A DNA stretch of 64,000 nt from a virus (IMGVR_UViG_3300031992_000033:1-64000); one strand, 5' to 3'; shown: positions 35,535 through 45,669, counted from the first letter of the stretch. Notes: generated by a model not told the origin, from the sequence alone. Program-made: numbers and translations.

Positions 35535-37004
35535 TTAACGACTTCTTGAGAAGTTATCAAACGCTACGTCTATCCAGCCAATCTCTTTCATCCTCATAAA
35601 TGCCATATCAAACTGTACGCAAATCTGTGGTGAGACTTCGCCCGATCTGTTCTTAGGCACAAAGAGAATTATGTAGTGCTTCTCAGGATCAAGGTCAAGT
35701 AATACTTTGATTTTCTTTCCGTCTTCTGTGGTACGATAGTTGTAGGGGTGCAAGTCCTCATACTCATTGTTGAATACAGGACGGAACATAATACATGCGT
35801 GACATGTTTCAGCAATGCCTCTTGACTTACCAATGGAACTAAGATCGAGATACTTTCTTGTGAGAGAATCAGGCGCTAACTGGAATGTACATACCAAAGC
35901 AACCTTGGTTTTCTTTGCCATCTGGAACAGTGTCTCAGCGCATGCGGAAAATTCTGCCCACGCTCTTTCCGACGCTCCGTCTGCGGGCTTAAGCACATCA
36001 TAAATTACTATAGGATAACCAATCTTTGAATACTTAGTGATAATCTTACGTACTGCCGCTGTGCTGTAATCCTGAAGTTCTACAAATCTTACATGCCCCT
36101 TAAGATTTTTGAGCCAATTTGCCGCCTTTCTAAGACCTTCTTTTTGTTCAGGTGTAAAATGTCCAAGACCTATCTTCTTTCTGTTTAACTTCAACTCCTT
36201 ACCATTGAATTCGGGATTATTAAATAGTGCATAAGTGAGCATAAGTTGGCGATACTCTTTACAAGTCTGCTCGTTGCTAATAACAAGAACGTTGCGACCC
36301 TCTTCCAGATTTTTCATAATGATAATAGGGACAGATCCACTTGTTTTACCCTGTCCTATGGGAGCACCAAGCAAGGTCATTGTCCCCGCATGTAAACCAC
36401 CAAGCATATAATTAAGTGTATTAAGTCCGAGAGGATATCCCTGTTCAGCGCCCGTATCAAGTTCTTCTATGAAAGCATCGTTGTCTTCGTTGACATCTTC
36501 CGTATGGATCTTTTCTACGCCAGCAACCATACAATCACTTATCTGGTACTCGATATAGTCATAACATTCTTCGGCTGTCATATTCTTAAACTTGCCAACC
36601 TCTTTAATAGACATAAGACCCTTGAGATATAACTTAGTGATAAAGTTATTTTTCGCAAGGCTGTCATAATATGTTTCAACGTTATTCTCGTTGACAAGCG
36701 CAAGCATTTCGTGTAGTGTACCCAAGCCGCCATACTCGTCGAATTTCTTTTTAGCAAGATTCTTATCGGAGAGGTAGGTAACGATAGCCATATCGTCGAA
36801 CGTATTATATCCAGCCCTTTCAAGTCCAAGAGCAAGTCCATAATAGAATTTGCCAGCATCGGTCAGAATATCATCTTCGTCTGCTATCTTTTCCTTGTAT
36901 AATCCAATGAGGTCTGGATCTTTATAAAGACTAATAATGAAATTACATTCTGTTTCTTGCCTACCCTCAGTTAATTCCTGAGGTAAGTCTTTAATATTTG
37001 TCAT
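35535..37004 (-). CDS. dnaB: Replicative DnaB-like helicase
   Basis: Walker A APIGQGKT, ISNEQ, IYDVLK, TFQL, KNRSG. Confidence 0.85.
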   Translation of the reverse strand: MTNIKDLPQELTEGRQETECNFIISLYKDPDLIGLYKEKIADEDDILTDAGKFYYGLALGLERAGYNTFDDMAIVTYLSDKNLAKKKFDEYGGLGTLHEMLALVNENNVETYYDSLAKNNFITKLYLKGLMSIKEVGKFKNMTAEECYDYIEYQISDCMVAGVEKIHTEDVNEDNDAFIEELDTGAEQGYPLGLNTLNYMLGGLHAGTMTLLGAPIGQGKTSGSVPIIIMKNLEEGRNVLVISNEQTCKEYRQLMLTYALFNNPEFNGKELKLNRKKIGLGHFTPEQKEGLRKAANWLKNLKGHVRFVELQDYSTAAVRKIITKYSKIGYPIVIYDVLKPADGASERAWAEFSACAETLFQMAKKTKVALVCTFQLAPDSLTRKYLDLSSIGKSRGIAETCHACIMFRPVFNNEYEDLHPYNYRTTEDGKKIKVLLDLDPEKHYIILFVPKNRSGEVSPQICVQFDMAFMRMKEIGWIDVAFDNFSRSR

Positions 37005-37513
37005 GTGTAATTATTCTCCTGTAAAAACTTTGATATATCATGAATCTCTCCACGATTTGTTGGTGCTTGCATTGACTCTACTTCCTCAGAAGTTATTGCA
37101 TTGTTGGAAATGTGTTGTAATTTTTGCTCCTTATCCATCTTCTTCTTAACATCATTTATACTGTTTGTTATGATAGCCATTACATAAGATACTCTGTTGT
37201 ATTCTGAAGCAAAATCTTTATGACTAATAGAATAAACTATATCAGCACGCTTGCTAATAATAGTCTGTAAAACGACTTTGTAACCATAGTAACTATATTC
37301 TTTCAGTTTCTTAGGCACAATTGTAGGGAACTTTTGCCCGTCCGAATATCCCAAAATGTTCCCTAACTCTTCGAGACATTTCTGGCGGTACATCTTCTCG
37401 TCCGAAATGCATTTAAAAGCCTCCGCCGATGAGTAGTACTTACCATTGGAGGCTTTATATGCTTCGTTCGAGGGGACGAGTTCGCCAGTATCTTGACACT
37501 TAACATTTCTCAT
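37001..37513 (-). CDS. Replication-module protein upstream of the helicase (possible loader)
   Basis: 170 aa, ATG/TGA overlap with dnaB; position as in SPbeta-like modules. Confidence 0.55.
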   Translation of the reverse strand: MRNVKCQDTGELVPSNEAYKASNGKYYSSAEAFKCISDEKMYRQKCLEELGNILGYSDGQKFPTIVPKKLKEYSYYGYKVVLQTIISKRADIVYSISHKDFASEYNRVSYVMAIITNSINDVKKKMDKEQKLQHISNNAITSEEVESMQAPTNRGEIHDISKFLQENNYT

Positions 37514-37525
37514 CCCCCGATCTCC

Positions 37526-37735
37526 TTAATTCTTCTTAATTAAATCTCTATTTACAAGTGAAATGGTAACGCTATTATCTGCCTCAACAATTGTAGAGAA
37601 TACCTCTCTACTCAGAATACCTCTCGTTGTATCATCCTTGCATCCCTTGTCAAGCAGAATCTTTTCTCCGTCTTTAATCGTGATCTTCTGATCCTTCGCT
37701 CTGAGTACCCTCAACTGATCGTCTAACTTCATCAT
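37526..37735 (-). CDS. Hypothetical protein
   Basis: AAGGAG RBS before MMKLDD. Confidence 0.5.
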   Translation of the reverse strand: MMKLDDQLRVLRAKDQKITIKDGEKILLDKGCKDDTTRGILSREVFSTIVEADNSVTISLVNRDLIKKN

Positions 37736-37979
37736 CGTTATCTCCTTTACATACCTTGAATCCGTAACTCTGGTCGTACCCAATAGATTTGAGCACCTCT
37801 TTGAGTTCGGTCATTTCATTTTCATCTTTAATTTTCATCATTACAACACCGCTCTCCATAAATGCGTTGATCCCGCGAGCCGACAGTTTTTTAACTGCCG
37901 ACTCTTTAACGGTTTCTTCGCGCACGTATGCGACTGGTGCTTTTTCTTCGGTTTCTATAACCTTCTTTTTTCTAGCCAT
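37674..37979 (-). CDS. Hypothetical protein
   Basis: TAATG coupling to the upstream ATPase. Confidence 0.55.
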   Translation of the reverse strand: MARKKKVIETEEKAPVAYVREETVKESAVKKLSARGINAFMESGVVMMKIKDENEMTELKEVLKSIGYDQSYGFKVCKGDNDDEVRRSVEGTQSEGSEDHD

Positions 37980-39109
37980 TAGCCAACTCCGAGAATATCC
38001 GCTGCCTCCTGAAGCATATCAAGTGTGAACTCTTCCTTGTCCTTGAAACTCTTAAGTCCCTTGCTCTTAAGGAAGTCCTTAATCTTTGCCTTAGTGTCAT
38101 CGTCCATGCCGTTGCAAGCGCCCTTGATCTTTTCGTAAAGTTCCTCGAACTTTTCAGCATTGGCTTCAGCATTCTTCTTGTCCTCAGAGTACTTCTTTGC
38201 CGCCGCTTCTTTAGCAGCCTCTCTAGCCTTTGCTTCTTTCTCAATCTCAGCATCAGACTTGCCGCCCTTGCGCTTTTCGTTGTTGATAGCGTCTCTCATA
38301 GCGGCGATAAACTCATCTGCATCAAATGAGATTCTGTCTACAATATCTGCAAAACGAGATCCCGAATCAACAGAATATGTGTCGTCTCTGAATGAGATAA
38401 TACGGCTTTCCTTGACAGTCTTATTAATCTCGATGTCCTTCTTTGTGACAACATTCTGTCTGCCAGTCTTTTCCTTTACGATTTCTCTGTCAATATAAGC
38501 GAGAGCAACAAAGTGCATCTTGTTCTTAATAACATTGAAATACTTCTGGGTAGTATCAGCAGTAAGTTTTGAGAAGGTTTCCTGAGTAGCGGGATCAATT
38601 ATGTCGCTTCTCTTAACGTGTCCAATGATGATGGAACTTACGCCAACCTTCTTGAGTTCCCAAATGGCATCCACGATAAGATTAGCAGCAAAATCCTGAC
38701 CCTTACCAAATCCGCCCCATGCGCTATTGATTGTGTCTGCTCTCTTATCGGGATGTGTCTTATTCCACTGGCGAATCGACTCAGCCTCTGCAAGAAGAAT
38801 AAGTTCGTCAAGGGTGTCAAAGATAACAACCTTGAGTTCCTTATAGTCGGACTCCTTATTTTCAACGATATCATCTACAACATCAACGAGTTTTGCCCAG
38901 TCCTCGATAGGCTCGGATACAATACCTTCGATAGCAGACGCACCCTCTTCACGACCAATGTCAAGATGAATGTAGCCATCACTTCCTACGAGTTTCTCGC
39001 ACATCTCCTTGGCGATAGTAGTTTTACCGATCTTAGACTCACCAAGGATGCAAATGTTATAATCGAGGGGATTAGTACTAATCTCCATCTTCTTACCAAA
39101 TTTTCCCAT
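37979..39109 (-). CDS. AAA_24/Sak4-like P-loop ATPase
   Basis: GESKIGKTT, VIFDTLD, WGGFGKG, IIGH, SGSRF. Confidence 0.8.
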   Translation of the reverse strand: MGKFGKKMEISTNPLDYNICILGESKIGKTTIAKEMCEKLVGSDGYIHLDIGREEGASAIEGIVSEPIEDWAKLVDVVDDIVENKESDYKELKVVIFDTLDELILLAEAESIRQWNKTHPDKRADTINSAWGGFGKGQDFAANLIVDAIWELKKVGVSSIIIGHVKRSDIIDPATQETFSKLTADTTQKYFNVIKNKMHFVALAYIDREIVKEKTGRQNVVTKKDIEINKTVKESRIISFRDDTYSVDSGSRFADIVDRISFDADEFIAAMRDAINNEKRKGGKSDAEIEKEAKAREAAKEAAAKKYSEDKKNAEANAEKFEELYEKIKGACNGMDDDTKAKIKDFLKSKGLKSFKDKEEFTLDMLQEAADILGVG

Positions 39110-39136
39110 ATTGTCATCTCCTTTTATTCACATGTA

Positions 39137-40246
39137 TTAATTAAATAAGTCCACGTCATCATCGTCAGAATCTTTATCATTCTTCTTAGTCTCTTCGGGC
39201 TTATTCATAAATACATCGTCCTCGGATTCAGCCTGAGAAGGAACGTAGATGTTGTCCTCAAATGTCTCAATGCTGTCCTTAAGCGCTACGCATCCGTCTG
39301 CAAACTCGTCTCTGATATCAAAGTCAACAAGTTTATATTCAACCTTGACATTGCCGTAGATATTACCCTTAGGCTTAAAATCATCGAGGGTCTTAAAGCC
39401 AAGTTCGATAGCAGTTCTCTGGTTTTCGGTAAGTTCACTCTCATCAAAAGGAATTTCTTCCTGTCCCCTGATATAAGAGATATTAGCGCTGGTCTTATAA
39501 ACCTTCTTTGACTTAAGATTGTTTACAATGTTGCCGTTTTCATATGCAAGTCCGATCTGTGCAAGACGATAGTTGACGATAGCCACATGCTTTTCGTTCT
39601 CCCAATCAATCTTACTGCAATCAAAAACAAGAGTACGCTCAACATACATCTTCTTCTTATTTGTGCTTATATACTCCTCAGTATATCCGTTAATGTAGAT
39701 CTTGTGCTCACTCTTCCAATCTGCTGTATCAATGCTGTCCTTAGTAAAGAAGAACTCGCCGTAAATATTCAGACCAGTCTTAGCATCGTCGTCTGCAATA
39801 AAAACACTCTGGACAGTGAATCTGTCGCGAGGCTTATCCTTGTAAAAATCTCTACTAGCCTGACCAGTTACAACAACCTTCTTCCCGTCAAGTTCGTGAA
39901 TGTTATCCTTGATATAATTTGCAACATCAAAGTCGGCAATGAACTCCTTTCTTTCGTCCTTAATGAAGTTCATAACATTCTTTGAACGTACTGACTTAAG
40001 AACTCCCTCGCTATTGCGATCTTCCCAGTCAATCTCGATCTGCTCGTCATTGACATCATAGGTCTTGATCTTGTCTCTTTCCATGCCAAAGACTTCAACG
40101 TACCCCCTATTATTCTTTGTGGAGGCAACAGAGAACGATACACTCGTGTATGGATCTCCGTTTTTTGTTTTGCCGCTACGATCAAAATAACCCTTGGCAT
40201 TAGGATCGGTTACGGCATGCGCGTTACCAATAAACTTAAATCTCAT
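39137..40246 (-). CDS. Putative single-stranded DNA-binding protein
   Basis: Acidic tail with terminal aromatic residue (DSDDDDVDLFN); first gene of the replication operon; start MRFKF after RBS. Confidence 0.55.
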   Translation of the reverse strand: MRFKFIGNAHAVTDPNAKGYFDRSGKTKNGDPYTSVSFSVASTKNNRGYVEVFGMERDKIKTYDVNDEQIEIDWEDRNSEGVLKSVRSKNVMNFIKDERKEFIADFDVANYIKDNIHELDGKKVVVTGQASRDFYKDKPRDRFTVQSVFIADDDAKTGLNIYGEFFFTKDSIDTADWKSEHKIYINGYTEEYISTNKKKMYVERTLVFDCSKIDWENEKHVAIVNYRLAQIGLAYENGNIVNNLKSKKVYKTSANISYIRGQEEIPFDESELTENQRTAIELGFKTLDDFKPKGNIYGNVKVEYKLVDFDIRDEFADGCVALKDSIETFEDNIYVPSQAESEDDVFMNKPEETKKNDKDSDDDDVDLFN

Positions 40247-40307
40247 TCCTTTTTTCCTTTCTGTGAAAAATGATAAGTTAATAACACCCATGGGGGTGTC
40301 TAATGAT

Positions 40308-40336
40308 ATAATATCACAACAAGAAGATAATGTCAA
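40308..40336 (-). promoter_or_regulatory. sigmaA-type promoter of the replication operon
   Basis: TTGACA-17-TATTAT with TG extension. Confidence 0.75.
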
Positions 40337-40576
40337 GAGGAACATGAAATTATCTTCGTTGTAATATTCAGTAATGTGAGAAGTGGAATGTTAGCGCCAG
40401 AGTTCAGCGCCAGTTTCGAACGAAAAAATAATTTTATTTACTCATACTTTTTCTTATATACTTGTGTTCTGTACGTTTGATATCTATACTCTACCTACCG
40501 CTTAACTCTATAAGTATTTCTTTTACTTATTTTATTTACTCCACGGTCACAGTATAGCATATTCTGTTCTAATCAG

Positions 40577-40605
40577 ATGATATCATATTTTGAGACATTT
40601 GTCAA
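40577..40605 (-). promoter_or_regulatory. sigmaA-type promoter firing into a non-coding region
   Basis: TTGACA-17-TATCAT with TG extension. Confidence 0.65.
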
Positions 40606-40637
40606 GCCTAAAAAATATAGTTGTAAAAAATAAACAA

Positions 40638-40838
40638 TTATAACTTTTCTCTTTTGTGAAAAGTATCTATACTGAAAGATCCGCTTCTGGGTCTCATGTC
40701 TCGGTTTTCCCAGTTGGTGGGGTTAGTTGCGTACTCTACGACGGCAGCCTCTTCTTCGGTGAGGTAAATAAATCCGTCAGACCAATCATCTGCAAATAAT
40801 GATACAGGATACCAGTATCTCTTTTTGTTTTCTGACAT
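40638..40838 (-). CDS. Hypothetical protein
   Basis: AAGGAG RBS, own promoter. Confidence 0.55.
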   Translation of the reverse strand: MSENKKRYWYPVSLFADDWSDGFIYLTEEEAAVVEYATNPTNWENRDMRPRSGSFSIDTFHKREKL

Positions 40839-40870
40839 ATAATATAGAACTCCTTAACGTTTATTACACC

Positions 40871-40899
40871 ATTATATCATATTTGCTTAGATTTATCAA
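40871..40899 (-). promoter_or_regulatory. sigmaA-type promoter
   Basis: TTGATA-17-TATAAT with TG extension. Confidence 0.75.
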
Positions 40900-41044
40900 G
40901 AGGCTGCCTACGCTCAATACAACGTCCATCACAAAGCAAACAATACAGTTTGTTGCGAGGCTTATCTTCTTCTGTGTTCCAACGTTCACACTTATTACAA
41001 GAGTCATAATATGTAGGTTTCAGGAATGGCTTATTAGATTCCAT
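40877..41044 (-). CDS. Small Cys-containing protein (55 aa, not in ORF track)
   Basis: MESNKPFLKP..CNKC..CLLC..C; GAGG RBS. Confidence 0.45.
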   Translation of the reverse strand: MESNKPFLKPTYYDSCNKCERWNTEEDKPRNKLYCLLCDGRCIERRQPLDKSKQI

Positions 41045-41047
41045 CTA

Positions 41048-41431
41048 TTATTCTTCCTCTTCAAAAAATGACACAGGATCAAACCACTTATCTTTAATGA
41101 TGTTGCCGATTATTTTTATGGGGGAATTACCCCTTTTCATTGCCACACGAACATATTTGCCCTTAATGTCATTAAATTTTTCACAGCCAAGAATATCCAT
41201 AATTCGCATAATATATTCCATACCCTTGTTTGTACCGACAAAATCTTTCGCGCCAACATAACCGTGCCCCAGACAATATCCGCCATAAACTACGTATCCA
41301 GAATTAAAAGAAATTCCCATCGCTAATGTTATGCATCCATGATCAGCCATTGAAAGATCTACGTAGTCAATAAAACCATTCTCTATTTCGTATCCCTGTT
41401 GTATTAATTCTTTTTCTGTATAATTATGCAT
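41048..41431 (-). CDS. Hypothetical phage protein
   Basis: DHG...YGGY.LG...IMRIMD..G...IGNII.DKWF; GAGGTG RBS. Confidence 0.65.
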   Translation of the reverse strand: MHNYTEKELIQQGYEIENGFIDYVDLSMADHGCITLAMGISFNSGYVVYGGYCLGHGYVGAKDFVGTNKGMEYIMRIMDILGCEKFNDIKGKYVRVAMKRGNSPIKIIGNIIKDKWFDPVSFFEEEE

Positions 41432-41441
41432 CTTTCACCTC

Positions 41442-41975
41442 TCAATGTTTCTTGTTGTACATCTGATTAAAGTGGATAACTTCGTCCGCCGTTCTGGGAC
41501 AGAAATCAAGAATATCAACACCGACGTTATAAGCGTTAGGAATGCTCTTCATAATCCTATAAGCATCGTTGTCAATATTATTGTGGATGTGTCCATAGAA
41601 ATGCAATGCCCCTCTAAAATACCCGTTCCATTCAACGATAGGATAATGGAATAATACAATCTTTCTTGCTCCGTCTTCCACTTCTTTGTATGATCCTACC
41701 CACTCACAGAGTGACTTCATTTCGGGCGTAATTTTATCGTGATTACCAACGATAATATACTTTTTTCCTTTTAACTGTTTCAGATAATCTTCGCCATTAG
41801 TCCTGTTTTTGAAATTAAAATCACCAAGAATATAAACCTCATCGTTATTTTTTACGACGGCGTTCCACTTATTCTTTATTACTTCATCCATTTCTTCTAC
41901 CGATTTGAATGGACGATTACAATGCTTCATGATATTCTCATGTCCAAAATGAGTGTCACTTATATAGTATTTCAT
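41442..41975 (-). CDS. Calcineurin-like metallophosphoesterase
   Basis: SDTHFGH, LGDF, GNHD, FHYP, GHIH, NVGVD. Confidence 0.9.
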   Translation of the reverse strand: MKYYISDTHFGHENIMKHCNRPFKSVEEMDEVIKNKWNAVVKNNDEVYILGDFNFKNRTNGEDYLKQLKGKKYIIVGNHDKITPEMKSLCEWVGSYKEVEDGARKIVLFHYPIVEWNGYFRGALHFYGHIHNNIDNDAYRIMKSIPNAYNVGVDILDFCPRTADEVIHFNQMYNKKH

Positions 41976-42066
41976 AACCTCCCCTTCTTATCAATTATAA
42001 ATGCTACAGTTATAAATATTATTGCCAAAGACTGGAGCAGATCTATCATAGAATTTGCTGTCATTT

Positions 42067-42375
42067 TTATCCTCCTATTGCCATTGTTCTTAAATAATGT
42101 ATTTCATCTAATGCACTTGCTATTTCGTCTTTATGCTTCTTTTCTAACTCTCTAATGTCAATGGTTATTCCATGAACCAGCCGCAATCTAGATGTGTGTA
42201 TTTGACTTAACACATCCGTTAATACGCTTTTTGATAAACTTGCCCACACTAGTTTATCTCCCGCCATCAACTTCCAGTAAGTATGTCCCCATATTCCCCT
42301 ATCTGGAATAATAACTAGATCCACATCGTCAGGTATTGCCGCCTCTTTTGTATTTTTAAAATGAACATAAAACAT
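42067..42375 (-). CDS. Hypothetical protein
   Basis: ORF in a collinear array. Confidence 0.55.
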   Translation of the reverse strand: MFYVHFKNTKEAAIPDDVDLVIIPDRGIWGHTYWKLMAGDKLVWASLSKSVLTDVLSQIHTSRLRLVHGITIDIRELEKKHKDEIASALDEIHYLRTMAIGG

Positions 42376-42378
42376 ATT

Positions 42379-42564
42379 CTACTTATCTTCCCTCCACTCG
42401 AAGTATTTACATCTATTCCAATAGTTACATTCTTTATCAAAACGTGGACTATTGTCGTTTCTACAATAGCCGTTAGAATAGATGCTTGTTGGTTTTATCC
42501 AATGCTTGCAGTGCTCACATTTGATGTTTGACTTCTTTGTCTTGTCTACAGGACGCTTATTCAT
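42379..42564 (-). CDS. Small Cys-rich protein
   Basis: CEHCKHW...C...C..F. Confidence 0.6.
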   Translation of the reverse strand: MNKRPVDKTKKSNIKCEHCKHWIKPTSIYSNGYCRNDNSPRFDKECNYWNRCKYFEWREDK

Positions 42565-42806
42565 TCCTCCTCCTCGATCTTAACATATCCATACATCTCA
42601 GGGTTTCGTTTAAATGTTGCGCTAGTGACAGATAAAACAGATAAATATGCAAGCAATAAAATTATAACGACAATCATACCAGCGATACAGCCGCCTTCGA
42701 AACCAAACATCGGATCGTTAGCATTTAATGCCCCGATAATCAGAACAAATGCCGTGACAATTATTAACAATACAATGAACACACCAAAAATTGTAAATCC
42801 CGTCAT
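42561..42806 (-). CDS. Two-TM membrane protein
   Basis: Two hydrophobic helices; GGAGG RBS. Confidence 0.6.
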   Translation of the reverse strand: MTGFTIFGVFIVLLIIVTAFVLIIGALNANDPMFGFEGGCIAGMIVVIILLLAYLSVLSVTSATFKRNPEMYGYVKIEEEE

Positions 42807-42807
42807 A

Positions 42808-43011
42808 TTATTTTTCCTCCGTTCCTATTATGGCATCAATAATTGCCAAACAATCCTCATACTCAGAAACATTCCTGTCATCATACTCGGACATTTTCCT
42901 TTCTATTGCCTCCTCGATCCTGTCAATCTTTTCTTCCCAATCTTTACAGGCTTGTTCATATCCACTATCATAGCCCGCCATAAATGCGGCGCGTGAATCT
43001 TTTTTAATCAT
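42808..43011 (-). CDS. Hypothetical protein
   Basis: TAATG coupling. Confidence 0.55.
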   Translation of the reverse strand: MIKKDSRAAFMAGYDSGYEQACKDWEEKIDRIEEAIERKMSEYDDRNVSEYEDCLAIIDAIIGTEEK

Positions 43012-43271
43012 TATTTATCCTCACTTTCCGTATTTGCTTCTATGATTGTATCAGCGCTTTTTAAACAACCTATTGCAAAGTCATCCCATTCATCAGTCCA
43101 TTCACCAAATTCTTTTATTGTAGCATCTGCGTCAATTAATCTTCCATGTCCTTTTGGAAGTAGAGTGCCCGCTTCAATAGCATTTACTGTACAGAAACTT
43201 GTTTTGCCTGTATGTAAGATATTCTGATATTCATCTTCAGGTATTCTAATTACTAATTCTATATTTGCCAT
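43011..43271 (-). CDS. Modular small phage protein (PKGHGRLIDAD family)
   Basis: ELVI.IPE..Y...GT.LPKGHGRLIDAD...TIIEA..ESEDK. Confidence 0.65.
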   Translation of the reverse strand: MANIELVIRIPEDEYQNILHTGKTSFCTVNAIEAGTLLPKGHGRLIDADATIKEFGEWTDEWDDFAIGCLKSADTIIEANTESEDK

Positions 43272-43504
43272 ATCTACTTCCTACTTATTTCTGATCATTT
43301 GTTTCTCTCTTAAGCCAGCGCTCAACGCATCTAGCAGCGGTATAATCCAACGGATAAAGCCCAGTCATAAAGTACAGCCACTCAGCATTATCACAGTTTC
43401 TGCGCCACTTCTTAGCCTGTCTCTTATTCATATGCTTTGGTCTTCTCATTTAATGTCTCCTTATATTTAAAATGGTGAGTCAGAACCATTTCCAACTCAC
43501 CAGT

Positions 43505-43533
43505 ATAATATCATGTTTTAAATGATTTGTCAA
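43505..43533 (-). promoter_or_regulatory. sigmaA-type promoter
   Basis: TTGACA-17-TATTAT with TG extension; followed by inverted repeat TGGTGAGT/ACTCACCA (43473-43502). Confidence 0.75.
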
Positions 43534-43538
43534 TATTT

Positions 43539-43850
43539 TTATTCTTTTGCGGTTTCGATAATAGTAACTGATCCTTCCCAGACTCCGAAAACAGTATCCG
43601 CTTTGAATACATGTGTCTCAGGCTCTTCATCGTCTCGCATTGGACGGGTAAGATACCAGAGATCATCTTCTTTCCACGTAATCTCTTCGAGTTTTTCTCC
43701 CGCCTCAAGGACAATTTCCATATCTCCGCCGTAATTTCTAGCCCTATTCTGGGAACTACTACATCTTGCAAAGGCTACTATTATTATAACTACAATAGCA
43801 ATTATAGTCAGTGTTCCCATAAAGTTATCAACACTTCCTCTGTTGTTCAT
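43539..43850 (-). CDS. Membrane-anchored phage protein
   Basis: TM helix then AR.YGG...L..GEKL..ITWK..DLWYLTRPM. Confidence 0.65.
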   Translation of the reverse strand: MNNRGSVDNFMGTLTIIAIVVIIIVAFARCSSSQNRARNYGGDMEIVLEAGEKLEEITWKEDDLWYLTRPMRDDEEPETHVFKADTVFGVWEGSVTIIETAKE

Positions 43851-44383
43851 GATTCCCTCCTTATAACTTCTAGAAGTACATCACATTCCTCTTCGGTAAT
43901 TCTACTTGAATCGATAACTACTTCGTTCAGGTCAATGTATTTAAGCGACTCTACATAGTCGCGATCATGAAACCAGTTTGTCCAAGGACTTTCAAGGTAA
44001 TGCTTTTCGTGATACACTTTCTTGTTCCATTCGGCAACATCCTTAATCACATCTGATCTGGACACGCTTTCATATTCAGAGTTAATTACTTCGATTCTTT
44101 TTAGAAGAGATTCATACTGGATTTGTGCCTCGTTAATTGAGACCTTATCATTAATATGAACAACACAGATTTCAAGAACGCAAACGCAAATGATACAGGC
44201 AAGAACAACACTCATTAGAGTATAAGCAAAATTAATTAAGTCTAGATTTATCACAAAAGTTATTTTGCCTATCTTAATATCGATATCTCTGTAACAATAA
44301 GATTGCTGTAATCTTATTGCCGTTCTTATTGATACTACAGTACAAAGTATAAATGCCGCAAACAAGAGTAGAATTATTATCAT
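43847..44383 (-). CDS. Membrane protein
   Basis: Two TM segments; SPWTNWF motif. Confidence 0.6.
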   Translation of the reverse strand: MIIILLLFAAFILCTVVSIRTAIRLQQSYCYRDIDIKIGKITFVINLDLINFAYTLMSVVLACIICVCVLEICVVHINDKVSINEAQIQYESLLKRIEVINSEYESVSRSDVIKDVAEWNKKVYHEKHYLESPWTNWFHDRDYVESLKYIDLNEVVIDSSRITEEECDVLLEVIRRES

Positions 44384-44694
44384 CTATTTCCTTCCTCCTT
44401 ATTGACCTTCTCTCTTCTTGCCTTTAGTAGAGATCCGTCCGAAAGTTTAACCTTAGCGTCGCCACAATAAATCTTAGCCCAGTTAATATGTTTCCTGTAA
44501 TGATACTTCTCAGGTTCATCAGTATCTATTGCCGACTTAAACACGCAATCTACAAGTATGCCCGAGGGCGTGTCGCCCAGATATGTACAATACAGAACCC
44601 TTCGTGCGCCGTAATAAGGCTCTTCAAATAGGTTTCTACTAAGCCTTACTCTTTCTCCAATCTCAAGTCCACTCTTCATCCAACCTCTACTCAT
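44380..44694 (-). CDS. Hypothetical protein
   Basis: AAGGAG RBS, ATGA overlap. Confidence 0.6.
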   Translation of the reverse strand: MSRGWMKSGLEIGERVRLSRNLFEEPYYGARRVLYCTYLGDTPSGILVDCVFKSAIDTDEPEKYHYRKHINWAKIYCGDAKVKLSDGSLLKARREKVNKEEGNR

Positions 44695-44709
44695 TTGTTT
44701 TGCTCTCCT

Positions 44710-44952
44710 TTACCACAGAATAGTTACACATCCATTAATATTTGAAAACCTAACATCATAGCCAATCGATCTTAGATATTGTACAATATCTGCCATATAC
44801 TCCAATTCGTTGCCTGAAAATTCATACCTTATATGGAAACAACCATCCATTGCATTTTTGGCAATTTTTTCAGAAATTGCCGATATATAGGGTTCAACCT
44901 TATGAAACAGTTGTTGTTTGGCTATAGAACTAGCCTCATTTGCAGTCAGCAT
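44710..44952 (-). CDS. Hypothetical protein (MLTAxEA family; resembles 52236-52472)
   Basis: MLTANEA...I......G......L...GY.V......W pattern. Confidence 0.6.
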   Translation of the reverse strand: MLTANEASSIAKQQLFHKVEPYISAISEKIAKNAMDGCFHIRYEFSGNELEYMADIVQYLRSIGYDVRFSNINGCVTILW

Positions 44953-45377
44953 AATCCCTCTCTTTCTGCCAGATGCTTGGCTCTCATATCTAATGCGCAC
45001 TTAAGGCATTGCTCATAAGTCTTATTTCTTTCGCACACCTTTATTCTCAGGGTCGTAATTGCTCTGTATGTGGTAGGGATTTTGTTCTCAATAATACCAT
45101 CTTCCATTATGTCTGGATATTCTATCTTATATCTTTCACTACCTAACAATGATCCGTCTGGGGTAAATTCAAACTCCCAATAATACTGTGTATTTTTCTC
45201 TAGGGTTTCAAGATCCTCAATGGTGATCGTATCTATCTCCCACGTTTCAACGCAAGGAGTACACCATCGTGTTGTGTGCAATTCTGCATATTTGTGAGCC
45301 ATATTTACGTCGCTAAAAATTGCATCGATTTGGTAGTTAGAATATTCACCGCTTGTTACTAGATATATCTTTTGCAT
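44946..45377 (-). CDS. Hypothetical phage protein
   Basis: KIYLVTSGEYSNYQIDAIFS; GGAGG RBS. Confidence 0.65.
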   Translation of the reverse strand: MQKIYLVTSGEYSNYQIDAIFSDVNMAHKYAELHTTRWCTPCVETWEIDTITIEDLETLEKNTQYYWEFEFTPDGSLLGSERYKIEYPDIMEDGIIENKIPTTYRAITTLRIKVCERNKTYEQCLKCALDMRAKHLAEREGLC

Positions 45378-45402
45378 GTCTGCCCTCCTTTATTGTAAGG
45401 CA

Positions 45403-45431
45403 ACTATATCACATATATCACGATTTGTCAA
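45403..45431 (-). promoter_or_regulatory. sigmaA-type promoter
   Basis: TTGACA-17-TATAGT with TG extension. Confidence 0.7.
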
Positions 45432-45669
45432 GCGTTTCTCTTACATATATTTCTAGGCAGTTATTTTCCTTGTCTATATAGATACTATCATAATTGGCGT
45501 CCTTATATAAATACATTTCTGCAATATACCATGGCACGTCGAGGACACTTCCAAAATATATTTCCTCCTCTTCTCCATAATGTTCGGAGGTTTCTAAATA
45601 TGCATCCATCTGGAATATCCTAACATTTGTTAAAAAATCGATGTACCCTATAATCTCTCTAAGTTTCAT
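45418..45669 (-). CDS. Hypothetical protein
   Basis: AAGGAG RBS, ATGA overlap. Confidence 0.6.
   Translation of the reverse strand: MKLREIIGYIDFLTNVRIFQMDAYLETSEHYGEEEEIYFGSVLDVPWYIAEMYLYKDANYDSIYIDKENNCLEIYVRETLDKS

Noticed and set aside
13618-37004. Inteins or introns in nrdD, dnaE or dnaB
   Set aside because: Lengths are normal, frames are continuous and no intein splice motifs were seen
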